A program made the position numbers and the translations under genes. Source: an uncultured Acidobacteriota bacterium (GTDB lineage: Bacteria > Acidobacteriota > Thermoanaerobaculia > UBA5066 > Gp7-AA6). Taken from it: a stretch of DNA of 64,000 bases. The notes under the pieces were generated by a model. It had not been told where the DNA came from and made no database searches. It saw only the letters and a program-made list of their open reading frames with translations. Shown piece after piece: positions 41,193 to 50,817 of the stretch. The DNA lies in the NCBI GenBank assembly GCA_963763535.1, contig CAVXOX010000007.1:60556-124555 (forward strand). The letters are read 5' to 3'. Each line of letters starts with the position of its first letter. Within the stretch, counting starts at the first letter, position 1.

Positions 41193-42353
41193 TTACGCGG
41201 TGCGTCGCAGGACGGCGATCGAGACGTCGTCCTCGGGAGCCTCGCCGCCGCGGAAGGCGCGGGCCTGCGCGGCGAGCGCATCGGCGAGCGCCTGGGCGCC
41301 GGTGCGCACGCCGGCGCGCGCCGCCGCCTCGATGCGGACGTCGCCGAACTCCTCGCCGGCGGCGTTGCGCGCCTCCGAGAGTCCGTCGGAATGGAGGAGC
41401 AGCAGGTCGCCCGTCTCGAGGCGGCTCGACTCGACCGGCCACGCGAGGTCCGGCTTGATGCCGAGCGGATAGGCGCCCGTGCCGATCCGCCCCCGCACGG
41501 TGCCGTCGGAGGCGATCCGGATCGCCGGAGGGTGCCCGGCCACGGTGCTCGTGACGCCGCCGTCCGGCGCCACCATGAGATACACGCAGCTGAAGAAGGC
41601 GCGCTTGCTTCCCGTGCGGCAGAGGATGCGGTTCAGGGTCGCGAACATCGCGGCGGGGGAGGGATCGGTCTCGAGCTGCGTGCGGAAGGCGGCGTGGGCG
41701 ACCGCCATGACGAGGCCGGCGGCCATGCCGTGTCCCGACGCGTCGCCGAAGAGCACCGCCAGGCGGCCGTCCGGCAGGGGCACGAAGTCGTAGATGTCGC
41801 CGCCGACCATGTTGGCGATCTCGTTGTCGGCGCCGAGCTCGAGCGTCGGCAGTCGAGGCAGCGTCCGGGGAATGAGGCTCGCCTGGAGCTCGCGCGCGAG
41901 CTCGAGCTCGTCGCGATAGTTGATCTTGTCGACGAGCTCCATCGCGAGGAGCAGGAGGAGGAGGGCCGAGGCGGCGGTCAGGTAACCGCTCTGGAGATCG
42001 ACCGTGTAGGACACGGTGCGCTCCTTCCCGTCCTCCTCGCGCGTGTCGTGGCGCTCGAAGCGCGGCCCGAAGAGCGTGAGGAGAAAGAGGGCGAGCACCA
42101 CGAGGAAGACGACGCGGCGCGCCGGGGCGAGGCGGGCGGCGAGGCCGAAGAGCACGCTGTTGATCGTCTTGAGCGAGCGCTTGAAGCGCCGGCGCTCGCG
42201 GTCGAGCGCCTCCCGGTCGTCGACGATCAGCTTCTGCTTCGCCTGGCGCCACTCGAGCTTGTAGAGGCCGACGATGTCCTCGCGGCCGACGTCGCGGAAC
42301 GTCTCGCGGAGGAGGTCCTTCCACTTGGTGCGTCGCGGGGGAGCGGCGGGCAT
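41193..42353 (-). CDS. membrane-associated PP2C/SpoIIE-family serine phosphatase
   Basis: Two TM segments precede GGDIYDF, LFGDASGHGMAAG and LLLHSDGLSEA. Confidence 0.8.
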   Translation of the reverse strand: MPAAPPRRTKWKDLLRETFRDVGREDIVGLYKLEWRQAKQKLIVDDREALDRERRRFKRSLKTINSVLFGLAARLAPARRVVFLVVLALFLLTLFGPRFERHDTREEDGKERTVSYTVDLQSGYLTAASALLLLLLAMELVDKINYRDELELARELQASLIPRTLPRLPTLELGADNEIANMVGGDIYDFVPLPDGRLAVLFGDASGHGMAAGLVMAVAHAAFRTQLETDPSPAAMFATLNRILCRTGSKRAFFSCVYLMVAPDGGVTSTVAGHPPAIRIASDGTVRGRIGTGAYPLGIKPDLAWPVESSRLETGDLLLLHSDGLSEARNAAGEEFGDVRIEAAARAGVRTGAQALADALAAQARAFRGGEAPEDDVSIAVLRRTA

Positions 42354-42437
42354 GCGGAGCGGATTATTTCCGATCCGCCGCCCGGGCGGCCATCGTCGCG
42401 CTCGGAGCGGCGAGAGACATGCCGGGAAAACCCCGGG

Positions 42438-42701
42438 CTAGAAGCCCCAGAGCGCGAGCTCGTCTAAGAGCGTCGCGACCTGCGGATGCGCGGCGAGCTC
42501 CTCGTAGAGCCAGCCATGGCGCTCGCGCAGGGCGCCGAGCTGAGCGCGCATCGCCTCGCGGTCGCCTTCCGCGGCGGCGATCCGCACCTTCTCGATCGCG
42601 GTCCGCGAGTCGGCGTCGAGACGGCCCTCCACCTTGTCGTGGAGCGCGTCGAAGGACGCGTGCACGCGCCTGGCGCGGTCGTCGGAGGGCTTCTCGGCCA
42701 T
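42438..42701 (-). CDS. small helical protein, DUF4404-like
   Basis: 87 aa: MAEKPSDDRARRVHASFDALHDKVE...HPQVATLLDELALWGF. The family assignment is from memory. Confidence 0.45.
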   Translation of the reverse strand: MAEKPSDDRARRVHASFDALHDKVEGRLDADSRTAIEKVRIAAAEGDREAMRAQLGALRERHGWLYEELAAHPQVATLLDELALWGF

Positions 42702-42715
42702 CGCGTTCGAGCCTA

Positions 42716-43492
42716 TCAGAGGAGAGTTTCGAGCTCCGCGAGCGAGCCGAGCACGGCGTCCGGGCGGACGCGCGAGCGCGCCGCGTCTTCGGCGCGGTGC
42801 TTGCCGGTCCGCACCAGCACGCCGCGCATGCCGGCGGCCTGTCCGCCGCCGACGTCCGACTCGAGGTCGTCGCCGATCACGGCCGCCTCGTGCGGCAGGA
42901 CGCCGCAGGCGTCGAGCGCGGCGCGGAAGAATGCGGGCGACGGCTTGCCCGCGAGAACGGCCGAGCGCCCGGACGCATACTCGAGCGCCGCCGCGAAGCC
43001 GCCGACGTCGAGCATGAATCCATCCCCGGCGCGCCAGTATCGATTGCGGGCGAGCGTCACGAGCTCTGCGCCGGCGAGGAGGTGGCGGAAGGCGCGGTTG
43101 AGACGCTCGTAGGTGAACGCGCCGCCGAGGTCGCCGAGCACCACGGCCTGGGGCGTCGCGTCGTCCTGCACGATGCCAGGGAGGTCCTCGAGGAGGCGCG
43201 GCGCGGCGAGGAGGTCGATGCGGGAGATCCCGCGGGATTCGAGGAGCGCGTGCGCGGCCCGCGGCGCCGTGAAGACCGACTCGGGCGCCACGCGAAGACC
43301 CATCTCGCCGAGCTCCCGGGCGATCACCGAGCGCGGCCGGCTGGTGGTGTTCGTGACGAACCGGTGCGGGATGCCGCGAGCCTCGGCCGCCGCGAGCGCC
43401 TCGGCGGCGCCGGGGATCAGCCGCCGGTCCTGGTAGACGGTGCCTTCGAGATCGACGAGGAGCGCGCGGACGCCGGCGAGCGCGGCGCTCAC
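42716..43492 (-). CDS. HAD-superfamily (subfamily IIA-like) phosphatase
   Basis: The GTG start overlaps the upstream stop (GTGA). Motifs are LLVDLEGTV, FVTNTTS, GKPSP and GDDLESDVGGGQAAGM. Confidence 0.7.
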   Translation of the reverse strand: MSAALAGVRALLVDLEGTVYQDRRLIPGAAEALAAAEARGIPHRFVTNTTSRPRSVIARELGEMGLRVAPESVFTAPRAAHALLESRGISRIDLLAAPRLLEDLPGIVQDDATPQAVVLGDLGGAFTYERLNRAFRHLLAGAELVTLARNRYWRAGDGFMLDVGGFAAALEYASGRSAVLAGKPSPAFFRAALDACGVLPHEAAVIGDDLESDVGGGQAAGMRGVLVRTGKHRAEDAARSRVRPDAVLGSLAELETLL

Positions 43493-44373
43493 GAGCGCGC
43501 GATCATTCGCTCGTACAGCGTCAGGAGCGCCTGCGTGCCGTCCTCGCCGCGGCCCTGCGCCTCCAGGGCCGAGAGGAGCTGGTGGACGAGGGCGGCGCCG
43601 GGCAGGGGCACGCCCTTCTCGCGCGCGGTCTTCAGCACGATGGCGAGGTCCTTCTGCTGGTGCTTGATCGCAAAGGCCGGTTTGAAGTCGCGGTCGATCA
43701 TCTTCCTGCCGAGCACGTCGAGCATCCAGCCGCTCGCGGCCCCGCCCATCAGCGCCTCGTGGAGCGCCGTCATCGGCAGTCCCGCCTTCTGCGCCAGGGC
43801 GATGCCCTCCGAGACGGCGAGCAGCGTGTCCGCCACGACGATCTGGTTGACGGCCTTGCCGAGCTGGCCCGAGCCGGACGGCCCGAGGTGCGTGATCCGT
43901 TTCCCCATCGCCGAGAAGACGGGCCGCGCGCGCTCGAGCGCCGCCGCGTCGCCGCCCACGAAGAAGGTGAGCGTTCCCTCGATCGCGCCCTTCTGCCCGC
44001 CGGAGACCGGCGCGTCGAGGAACGCGACACCCTTCTCCGCGAGCCTGCCCGCGATCCGGACGGCGGCATCGGGCGCGATCGTCGAGGAGTCGATGAACAC
44101 GGCGCCGGGCCGCGCGCCGAGGACGGCGCCGCGCGCGCCGAGGTGGACCTCCTCGACCTCGGGGGCGTCGGGGAGGCAGGAGACGACGACGTCGGCGGCG
44201 CGCGCGACCTCGTCCGGATGCGCGCATGGCGTCGCGCCGATCTCCGAGGCGAGCGCGCGGGCCTTCTCGACCGTCCGCGTCGCCACCGACAGGCGGAACC
44301 CGGCTTTGGCCAGATTGCGCGCCATGCCCTGGCCCATCGTGCCGAGCCCGATGAATCCGACTTCGAGCGTCAT
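43489..44373 (-). CDS. NAD(P)-dependent beta-hydroxyacid dehydrogenase (3-hydroxyisobutyrate / tartronate-semialdehyde reductase family)
   Basis: The Rossmann motif is VGFIGLGTMGQGMARNL. DAPVSGG and the conserved Lys region (GSGQLGKAVNQ) are present. Confidence 0.8.
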   Translation of the reverse strand: MTLEVGFIGLGTMGQGMARNLAKAGFRLSVATRTVEKARALASEIGATPCAHPDEVARAADVVVSCLPDAPEVEEVHLGARGAVLGARPGAVFIDSSTIAPDAAVRIAGRLAEKGVAFLDAPVSGGQKGAIEGTLTFFVGGDAAALERARPVFSAMGKRITHLGPSGSGQLGKAVNQIVVADTLLAVSEGIALAQKAGLPMTALHEALMGGAASGWMLDVLGRKMIDRDFKPAFAIKHQQKDLAIVLKTAREKGVPLPGAALVHQLLSALEAQGRGEDGTQALLTLYERMIARS

Positions 44374-44549
44374 CGCGACCTCCGCAAGGAGGCTGATTGT
44401 AGGAAATCCTGCTCGCCCTCGCCTGAGCCGCGCGATCCGCGAACCGGCGGGATTGCTCTATCTAAATATGGGGATCGTCGCCGTTCTCGCGCGCGCGGAG
44501 GACCTCGCGACCGCCCGTCGTGGGAAGACGGAGAGCGAGCCGGCCTCCG

Positions 44550-45305
44550 CTAACTGAGGTCGATCCCTCCGAGGTGCGGCCGGAGGGCATCCTCCTGGAC
44601 CTCGCGCAGCCGCTTCAGCCCCTTGCGCGCGAGCGCCACGAGCTCGGCGAGCTGCTCGTCGGAAAAGGGACGCCTCTCGGCGGTCGCCTGCAGCTCGACC
44701 AGCAACCCCGAGGCCGTGCCGACGACGTTGCAGTCCACGTCGGCCTCGGAGTCCTCCTCGTAGGCGAGGTCGAGCACCGCCTGCCCCGCGCAGACGCCGA
44801 CGGAGACCGCCGCCACCGTCTCGCGGAGCGGCCAGCGGGGAACGCGCCCCTCCTTCGACAGACGCGCGAGGGCGATCGCGAGCGCGACGCACGCTCCCGT
44901 GATCGCGGCGCACCGCGTGCCGCCGTCCGCCTGCAGCACGTCGCAGTCGAGCGTGATCGTCCGCTCGCCGAGGCCGCGCAGCTCGACGACCGAGCGCAGC
45001 GAGCGCCCGATCAGGCGCTGGATCTCGTGGGTGCGGCCGCCCTGCCGGCCCTGCGCGGCCTCGCGCGCCGAGCGCGTGTGGGTCGCCCGAGGCAGCATGC
45101 CGTATTCGGCCGTGATCCAGCCGCTGCCCGTTCCCTTCAGAAACGGCGGGACCCGGTCCTCGACCGACGCCGCGCAGAAGACCTTCGTGTGGCCGAGCGT
45201 GATCATCGCCGACCCCTCGGCGTGGCGGGCGACGTCCGTTTCGATCCCGACCGGACGGAGGTCCGCGGGCTTGCGGCCGTCCGGTCTCGGCGTCGCGCGC
45301 GTCAT
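44550..45305 (-). CDS. rph: ribonuclease PH
   Basis: [13 protein letters not shown]...[41 protein letters not shown]...[18 protein letters not shown]. Confidence 0.95.
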   Translation of the reverse strand: MTRATPRPDGRKPADLRPVGIETDVARHAEGSAMITLGHTKVFCAASVEDRVPPFLKGTGSGWITAEYGMLPRATHTRSAREAAQGRQGGRTHEIQRLIGRSLRSVVELRGLGERTITLDCDVLQADGGTRCAAITGACVALAIALARLSKEGRVPRWPLRETVAAVSVGVCAGQAVLDLAYEEDSEADVDCNVVGTASGLLVELQATAERRPFSDEQLAELVALARKGLKRLREVQEDALRPHLGGIDLS

Positions 45306-46066
45306 CGCCGCGCCGTCCGCGCGGGCGGTGCGCCGCGGAGCGCCCCGCGAGTCGCCGTCGCCGTCGCCGTCGGGGCCGGCGAGGGCGTGAGCGTCGGCGC
45401 GGGCGAGGGCGTCGTGGGAGCGGCGGGCGACGGCGTCGGCGCCACGGGCTCCGCGCCGGGCGGCTCGAGAACGCCGCGGATGTAGGAGAGAGATCGGGTC
45501 AGATCCACGTGCCCTCCCAGGGTCTCGGCGGGCTCGCCGTTGACGAGGATTCTCACACGAGACGTCTCCGCGACGTTCTGGAGCGTCGTGTCGACGAGCG
45601 ACGCGACGATCGCGAGCTCCTCGTCCGAGCCGAAGGCGAGGCCGGCGTCGACGGCGAGATCGATCACGACCTGTCCGTCGGGCAGCAGGAAGGCGTTTCT
45701 CAGGTGAATGCGGTCCGGAAGGGCGGCGATGAGCCCCTCCCGACGCGGCCCCTTCTGCAGCTCGTCGAAGAGCGCCCGGACGAAGGCGGCGCCGCCGGAG
45801 GGCTTCGGAATGTCGCGCTCCTCGGGGTGGAGGAGCTGGCCTTCGGGATCGGGAAAGAAGAGCGTGACGCGGATCGTCTCGACGGTCGGGACCGGCGTGG
45901 TGCCGGCCGGCGCCGTGCGCAGCGGCGCGGGCGCCGGCGTGACGCGCAGGTACGGGCGCGGCCCGCGCCTGCCCAGGCGCGGCAACCCGCCGCGATTGAC
46001 GAAGAGCAGCGCCGCGACCGCCGCTCCGAGCGCGGCCAGCAGGAGCGCCGCCGCGCGGCGGCTCAT
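45302..46066 (-). CDS. GerMN-domain protein with Pro/Thr-rich C-terminal tail
   Basis: The ATG overlaps the amidase stop (ATGA). The protein has a TM anchor, then [21 protein letters not shown]...[19 protein letters not shown]. Confidence 0.6.
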   Translation of the reverse strand: MSRRAAALLLAALGAAVAALLFVNRGGLPRLGRRGPRPYLRVTPAPAPLRTAPAGTTPVPTVETIRVTLFFPDPEGQLLHPEERDIPKPSGGAAFVRALFDELQKGPRREGLIAALPDRIHLRNAFLLPDGQVVIDLAVDAGLAFGSDEELAIVASLVDTTLQNVAETSRVRILVNGEPAETLGGHVDLTRSLSYIRGVLEPPGAEPVAPTPSPAAPTTPSPAPTLTPSPAPTATATATRGALRGAPPARTARR

Positions 46067-47574
46067 GGAGTCGGCGTGGCGGCCGGAGCGGGTCGGCCCG
46101 CGCCCGGCTGGCGCCGCGCGAAGAAATGAGCGACCGCGCGCGCGACGGCGTCGGCCACCGCCTGCTGGAACTCCGGGCTCCTGAGCTTCTTCTCCTCCTC
46201 CGGGTTCGAGATGAACGCGGTCTCGACGAGCACCGCAGGCATCGTCGCGCCGACGAGGACGCGGAACGGCGCCTGCTTGATGCCCCGGCTCCCGGTGTCG
46301 GACACGGCGTTCAGCTCCTTCTGGATCGCCTCGGCGAGCTCGCTCGACTCCTTCAGGTGCGCGCTCTGGGCGAGGTCCCACAGGACGAAGTCGAGCGCCG
46401 GGTTCGCGGAGGTCCCCGACGCGGTCGCCGCCGCCCCGGCCCCGGCCTGGTTCTCCTCCTTCGCCACGTCCTGGGCGATCTTGTCGGAGGCCTCGAGCGA
46501 CAGGTAGTAGGTCTCCGAGCCGCGCGCCGAGGCGGCGCGCGAGGAGTTCGCGTGCACCGAGAGGAAGAGGTCGGCCTTCTCGTGGTTCGCGATCGAGGCG
46601 CGGTCGTCGAGCGGGATCTGGACGTCGGTGTCGCGCGTGAGCACGATCCGGCAAGGGAGGACCTTCGGGAGCGTCGCGGCGAGGCGGCGGGCGATCTCGA
46701 GCGTCGCGTCCTTCTCTAAGAGCCCGCCGGGGCCGATCGCGCCGGTCTCCGAGCCGCCGTGTCCGGGGTCGACCACGATCGTGAACGCCGGCGTCCCGGA
46801 CGGCGCGGAGCCGGCGGGCTCGGCCGGCGGCGCGCCGGGCGGAGGCGCGCCCCGGCGGGTGACCTCGATGACGATCCGGTCGGGCCCGGTCAGCGCGTAG
46901 GACCGGGCGGCGAGGTTCGCCTCGCGCAGCTCGACGGTCGCGGTGTCGCCGGAGAAGCGGACGGCCGAGACGAGGGGATCGTCGTACTTCTTCTCCGGAA
47001 AGGGCGGGTCGATCCGCGTCTCGGCGAAGCGGACCTGGTACGTCTTTTCCGCGGAGGTCGTGGAGGTCTTCGCGGCGGCCGAGAGTCGGAGGACGACCTG
47101 CGTTGCCGGCGGCACGTGCACGACGGCGACCTCGATCCCGAGCGGCGGCGGCCCCGCCGGAGTCAGCGTCCACGTGCGACGCGCGGCGTCGTAGGCTCCG
47201 GCGGCGCCCGCGAGCGGAAAGAGGATCTTCTCGAAGAAGTCCGCGGGCGCGTAGAGCGTGCCGCCGACGACGCGGGCCGCCGACGAGATCGGCACGACGC
47301 GCCGGTCGACCGGCACCTGCGCCGTGCCGGGTCCGATCAGCACCTGGTGTCCCGGTCCGGTGATCGTCAGGACGCTCGTGCCCGCGTCGGCCGCGACGGC
47401 GAATCCGAGGCCGCGGGCGGCGTCGGAGACGGAGAACTCCTTCCCGGCGAGGGTCGCGATCGGGTGCGACTCGCCCTTCCAGACGAGCGTCGCCCGATCC
47501 TCCGACCGCGCGGTTCCCGGAAGAAGGGAGAGAAGCAGGGTCAGGGCCGTGGCGGCCCGGCGGCGGCGGGTCAA
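46063..47574 (-). CDS. N-acetylmuramoyl-L-alanine amidase (AMIN-like N-terminal repeats + Amidase_3 domain)
   Basis: After the signal peptide come [27 protein letters not shown] and the C-terminal [11 protein letters not shown]. Confidence 0.85.
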   Translation of the reverse strand: MTRRRRAATALTLLLSLLPGTARSEDRATLVWKGESHPIATLAGKEFSVSDAARGLGFAVAADAGTSVLTITGPGHQVLIGPGTAQVPVDRRVVPISSAARVVGGTLYAPADFFEKILFPLAGAAGAYDAARRTWTLTPAGPPPLGIEVAVVHVPPATQVVLRLSAAAKTSTTSAEKTYQVRFAETRIDPPFPEKKYDDPLVSAVRFSGDTATVELREANLAARSYALTGPDRIVIEVTRRGAPPPGAPPAEPAGSAPSGTPAFTIVVDPGHGGSETGAIGPGGLLEKDATLEIARRLAATLPKVLPCRIVLTRDTDVQIPLDDRASIANHEKADLFLSVHANSSRAASARGSETYYLSLEASDKIAQDVAKEENQAGAGAAATASGTSANPALDFVLWDLAQSAHLKESSELAEAIQKELNAVSDTGSRGIKQAPFRVLVGATMPAVLVETAFISNPEEEKKLRSPEFQQAVADAVARAVAHFFARRQPGAGRPAPAATPTP

Positions 47575-47638
47575 CCGGAGTTGGGATGGTGTGGCGATGC
47601 GAGCGCTCTCGATCGAAAGGGTAGCACGGCGCGCGCGC

Positions 47639-48580
47639 TCACTCCTTCGGGCGGTTCTGGACGAACTGCCAGCCGAAGCGCCCCTTGATGCAGAGGTGGC
47701 CGCTCGTCACGTCGTTGTCGAGCGGCGAGGTGACGCGGACGATGGCGTTGTCCTGGACACGGAGCTCGAGCGTGCAGCCGACGCCGCAGTAGGGGCAGAT
47801 CGTGTCGGTGACGGTCTGGCGCGACTCGTCCCACTGGCCGGCGCGGCGCAGGTCGTGCTCGCTCTTGAACATCAGCGCGCCCGTCGGGCAGACGCCGATG
47901 CAGTTGCCGCAGTAGACGCAGGCCGAGTCGGGAAGCGGTGTCGCGAATTCGGTGGAGACGCGGGCGTCGAAGCCGCGGCCGGCGATCGCGATCGCGAAGG
48001 TGTTCTGCGCCTCGGCCCCGCAGGCCTGCACGCACTTGTAGCAGAGGATGCAGCGCGCGTAGTCCCGCACGTAGAGGTCGTTGTCCACCGTGACCGGCTG
48101 CGCCACGTTCGCGGCCGCGGCGGGCTCCGCGGCATGGTGATGCCCGGGCCCGGCGGCGTCACGCTCGCCCGCGCGATGGGGGGCGGCCGGAGGACCGTAG
48201 CGCGAGGGATCGGCGCCGTAGCGCTCCATCCAGCGCCGCACCTCGTCGGAGGCGAGCGACAAGTCGACCGACGAGGCGAGGAACTCGAGGACCATCTTGC
48301 GCGAGAGGCGCACGCGCTCGCTGTCGGTCTTCACGTTCATGTTCGGCTCGACCGGCCGCGAGCAGGCGGGCACCAGCACGCGCGCGCCCTCGAGCTCGAC
48401 CACGCACACGCGGCATACGTTGACCGGCGTCAGGTTCTCGAGAAAGCAGAGCGTGGGCGTGTCGATGCCGCGCGACCGGCACGCGTCGAGGATCGTCGAG
48501 CCGGCCGGCACGGTGACGGCCGCGCCATCGATCGACAGCGTCACCGGCCGGGAGGGATCGAGCCGGTGGACGGTGCTCAT
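47639..48580 (-). CDS. Fe-S fragment of formate dehydrogenase alpha / NuoG-like subunit (2Fe-2S, two 4Fe-4S, and Mo-bisPGD-type 4Fe-4S domains only)
   Basis: The ATG overlaps the upstream stop (ATGA). Motifs present: TLCFLENLTPVNVCRVCVVEL; CILCYKCVQAC; CVYCGNCIGVCP; CPYCGVGCTL...GHLCIKGRFGWQFV. A stop follows exactly where full-length FdhA continues into the molybdopterin domain. Confidence 0.8.
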   Translation of the reverse strand: MSTVHRLDPSRPVTLSIDGAAVTVPAGSTILDACRSRGIDTPTLCFLENLTPVNVCRVCVVELEGARVLVPACSRPVEPNMNVKTDSERVRLSRKMVLEFLASSVDLSLASDEVRRWMERYGADPSRYGPPAAPHRAGERDAAGPGHHHAAEPAAAANVAQPVTVDNDLYVRDYARCILCYKCVQACGAEAQNTFAIAIAGRGFDARVSTEFATPLPDSACVYCGNCIGVCPTGALMFKSEHDLRRAGQWDESRQTVTDTICPYCGVGCTLELRVQDNAIVRVTSPLDNDVTSGHLCIKGRFGWQFVQNRPKE

Positions 48581-50481
48581 GCGGAGAACACTCCGAGCTT
48601 CCGAATCGCCGACTGGATCGCGCCGGAGGCGGTCTGGCCGAGGCCGCAGATCGACGCGTCGCGCATGGCGCGGGCGATCTCGTCGAGGAGCGCGTCCTCC
48701 TCCGCGGCGCCGCGGAGCGGCCGGCCCGCATCGAGGCGCGCGACGAGCTCCTCCTGGCGCTCCGTCCCGACGCGGCAGGGCACGCACTGGCCGCAGGACT
48801 CGTCGCGGAAGAAGGCCGCGATGCGTCGCACGGCGTCGCGCAGGTCGGCGCGCTCGTCGAAGACCATGACGACGCCGGAGCCGAGCGCGGCGCCGATCGC
48901 GCGGGTGCCCTCGAACGTGAGCGGCACGTCGAGATCTTCAGGGCCGACGAAGGAGCCCGCCGCGCCGCCGAGGAGCACCGCGCGCACGGAGCGGCCCTCC
49001 GGGACGCCGCCCGCGAGCGCAATCACCTCGCGCAGCGTTGGACCGAACGGCACCTCGTAGACGCCCGGGCGGGCGACGTTCCCGGAGACGCAGAAGAGCT
49101 TCGGGCCCGTCGACGCGCCGGTGCCGATCGCGGCGAACGCGTCGCCGCCGTGCTCGACGACGAGGAGGACGTTGACGAGCGTCTCGACGTTGTTGATGAC
49201 GGTGGGCTTCCCGAAGAGGCCCTTCTCGACGGGGAACGGCGGCTTGTTGCGCGGTTCCCCGCGGTAGCCCTCGATCGAGTTGAAGAGCGCCGTCTCCTCG
49301 CCGCAGATGTAGGCGCCGGCGCCCCGGCGGACCTCGATGTCGAACCCGAAGCCCGCGCCGAGGACGCTCGGGCCGAGCAGCCCCGCCGCGCGCGCCGAGC
49401 CGATCGCGCCCCGGACGCGTGCCTCGGCCAGCGGATATTCGCCGCGCACGTACACGAAGCCGCGCTCGCAGCCGGCGGCGAACGCGACGATCGTCATCGC
49501 CTCGACGAGCGCGAACGGGTCCTCCTCCATGAGCACGCGGTCCTTGAAGGTCCCGGGCTCGGACTCGTCGGCGTTGCAGACGAGGTAGTGCGGCTGTGCG
49601 GGCTGCTTCGCGACCGCCTCCCACTTGCGCCCCGCGGGGAAGGCGGCGCCGCCGCGGCCCTGGAGCTTCGACGCGATCGTCTCGCGGACGATCGCCTCGG
49701 GTCCCATCGCGAGCGCCTTCGGCAGGGCCCGGTAGCCGCCGTGCGCGCGGTAGTTCTCCAGAGACGTGGGGTCGACGCGGCCGACACGGGCGAGGAGCCT
49801 CAGAGTGTCGCGTCGTCCGTCCTCGGTCTGCGGGGCGGAGGGGGAGCCCTGGCCGAGCCGGGCCGCGATGGACGTTCCCACGCCCTCGATCGGCCTGGTG
49901 CCCGATGAGATCGGGGCCGGAGGCGGCGGCGGGGGCTTGGGCTTTGGCTTGTCTGCGACCGCGGGCGCGGCCGGTGCCACGACGTAATCCTTCGCGTTCT
50001 CGCCCGCGCATTGAAAGAGGACCGCCGGGGCGCGCTCGCAGAGACCGAGGCACGGGGAGGAACGCACCGATTCGGCGCCGCGTTCACTCCGGATCGCGTC
50101 GAGGAGCGCGGGAGCCCCCGCGAGCCGGCACGCGAGATCGTCGCAGACATGCACGATCGTCTTCGGCTGCGGCTCGACCGACAGCATCGCGTAGAACGTC
50201 GCGACCCCATAGGCATCGGCCGGCGCGACGTCGAGGCGCTGACAGACGTAGTTGAGCGCGCCCGGCGTGATGAATCCGACGCGCGACTGCACCGCCCACA
50301 GCGCCGGGAGGAGGAGGTGGCGCCGCGCGCGCGCGGCGTGTCCGCCATAGGCGATGTGACCCTCGACCTCGGGACGGCGCTCGCCGCCCTCCCAGCCGCT
50401 CGAAGGAGGGCCGATGGCGGCATCGACGGCCGCGCGCTCCTCGAGCGATGGCGCCGCGCCCGGGATCAGATGCAGGTCCAC
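48577..50481 (-). CDS. NuoE-NuoF fusion (NAD-reducing diaphorase / formate dehydrogenase beta-gamma-like subunit)
   Basis: The NuoE-like part has CDDLAC...CLGLCERAP. The NuoF-like part has GRGGAAFPAGRKW, YICGEETALFNSIEG and ESCGQCVPCR. Confidence 0.85.
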   Translation of the reverse strand: MDLHLIPGAAPSLEERAAVDAAIGPPSSGWEGGERRPEVEGHIAYGGHAARARRHLLLPALWAVQSRVGFITPGALNYVCQRLDVAPADAYGVATFYAMLSVEPQPKTIVHVCDDLACRLAGAPALLDAIRSERGAESVRSSPCLGLCERAPAVLFQCAGENAKDYVVAPAAPAVADKPKPKPPPPPPAPISSGTRPIEGVGTSIAARLGQGSPSAPQTEDGRRDTLRLLARVGRVDPTSLENYRAHGGYRALPKALAMGPEAIVRETIASKLQGRGGAAFPAGRKWEAVAKQPAQPHYLVCNADESEPGTFKDRVLMEEDPFALVEAMTIVAFAAGCERGFVYVRGEYPLAEARVRGAIGSARAAGLLGPSVLGAGFGFDIEVRRGAGAYICGEETALFNSIEGYRGEPRNKPPFPVEKGLFGKPTVINNVETLVNVLLVVEHGGDAFAAIGTGASTGPKLFCVSGNVARPGVYEVPFGPTLREVIALAGGVPEGRSVRAVLLGGAAGSFVGPEDLDVPLTFEGTRAIGAALGSGVVMVFDERADLRDAVRRIAAFFRDESCGQCVPCRVGTERQEELVARLDAGRPLRGAAEEDALLDEIARAMRDASICGLGQTASGAIQSAIRKLGVFSA

Positions 50482-50547
50482 GCGGCGAGTCTAGCCGAAG
50501 CGTTTTTGGCCGTGCTAAGGTCTGCGGCTCTTTCGCCCGCACTGTCG

Positions 50548-50772
50548 ATGGATCGCGAAACCGCCGAAGAAATCAAGTGCCACTTCAATGTGGTCTCCGA
50601 GGGACTGCGATCCGACTTTCGCGCCCTCGGCGAAGGACTCGCCGCGACGAACGAGAGGCTCGACCGCTTCGAAGCCAGAATGGTCGAAGACCTCGGAGAG
50701 GTCAAAGCGATGATCCGGCTGTCCTTCGGCCAGCTCGATCACCGCCTCACCTCTCCCGAGAGCGACGTCTAA
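50548..50772 (+). CDS. hypothetical small coiled-coil protein (74 aa) on the opposite strand inside the fdh cluster
   Basis: MDRETAEEIKCHFNVVSEGLRSDFRALGEGLAATNERLDRFEARMVEDLGEVKAMIRLSFGQLDHRLTSPESDV. GC is locally lower. I recognise no family. Confidence 0.35.
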   Translation: MDRETAEEIKCHFNVVSEGLRSDFRALGEGLAATNERLDRFEARMVEDLGEVKAMIRLSFGQLDHRLTSPESDV

Positions 50773-50817
50773 GGCGCTTCGCGCACGTCTCGACAGGCTC
50801 GAGGGTCGCGGGCCGGC

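Noticed and set aside
44470-44562. 30-aa plus-strand ORF ([29 protein letters not shown]) between the dehydrogenase gene and rph
   Set aside because: It is too short, has no RBS and has no recognisable family. It is most likely intergenic.
47639-47641. TGA ending the Fe-S fragment gene (..FVQNRPKE-TGA) as a second selenocysteine or read-through site
   Set aside because: The downstream in-frame text ([21 protein letters not shown]) is not protein-like, and no SECIS-like hairpin follows. The expected continuation of the protein is encoded elsewhere with its own RBS and ATG.
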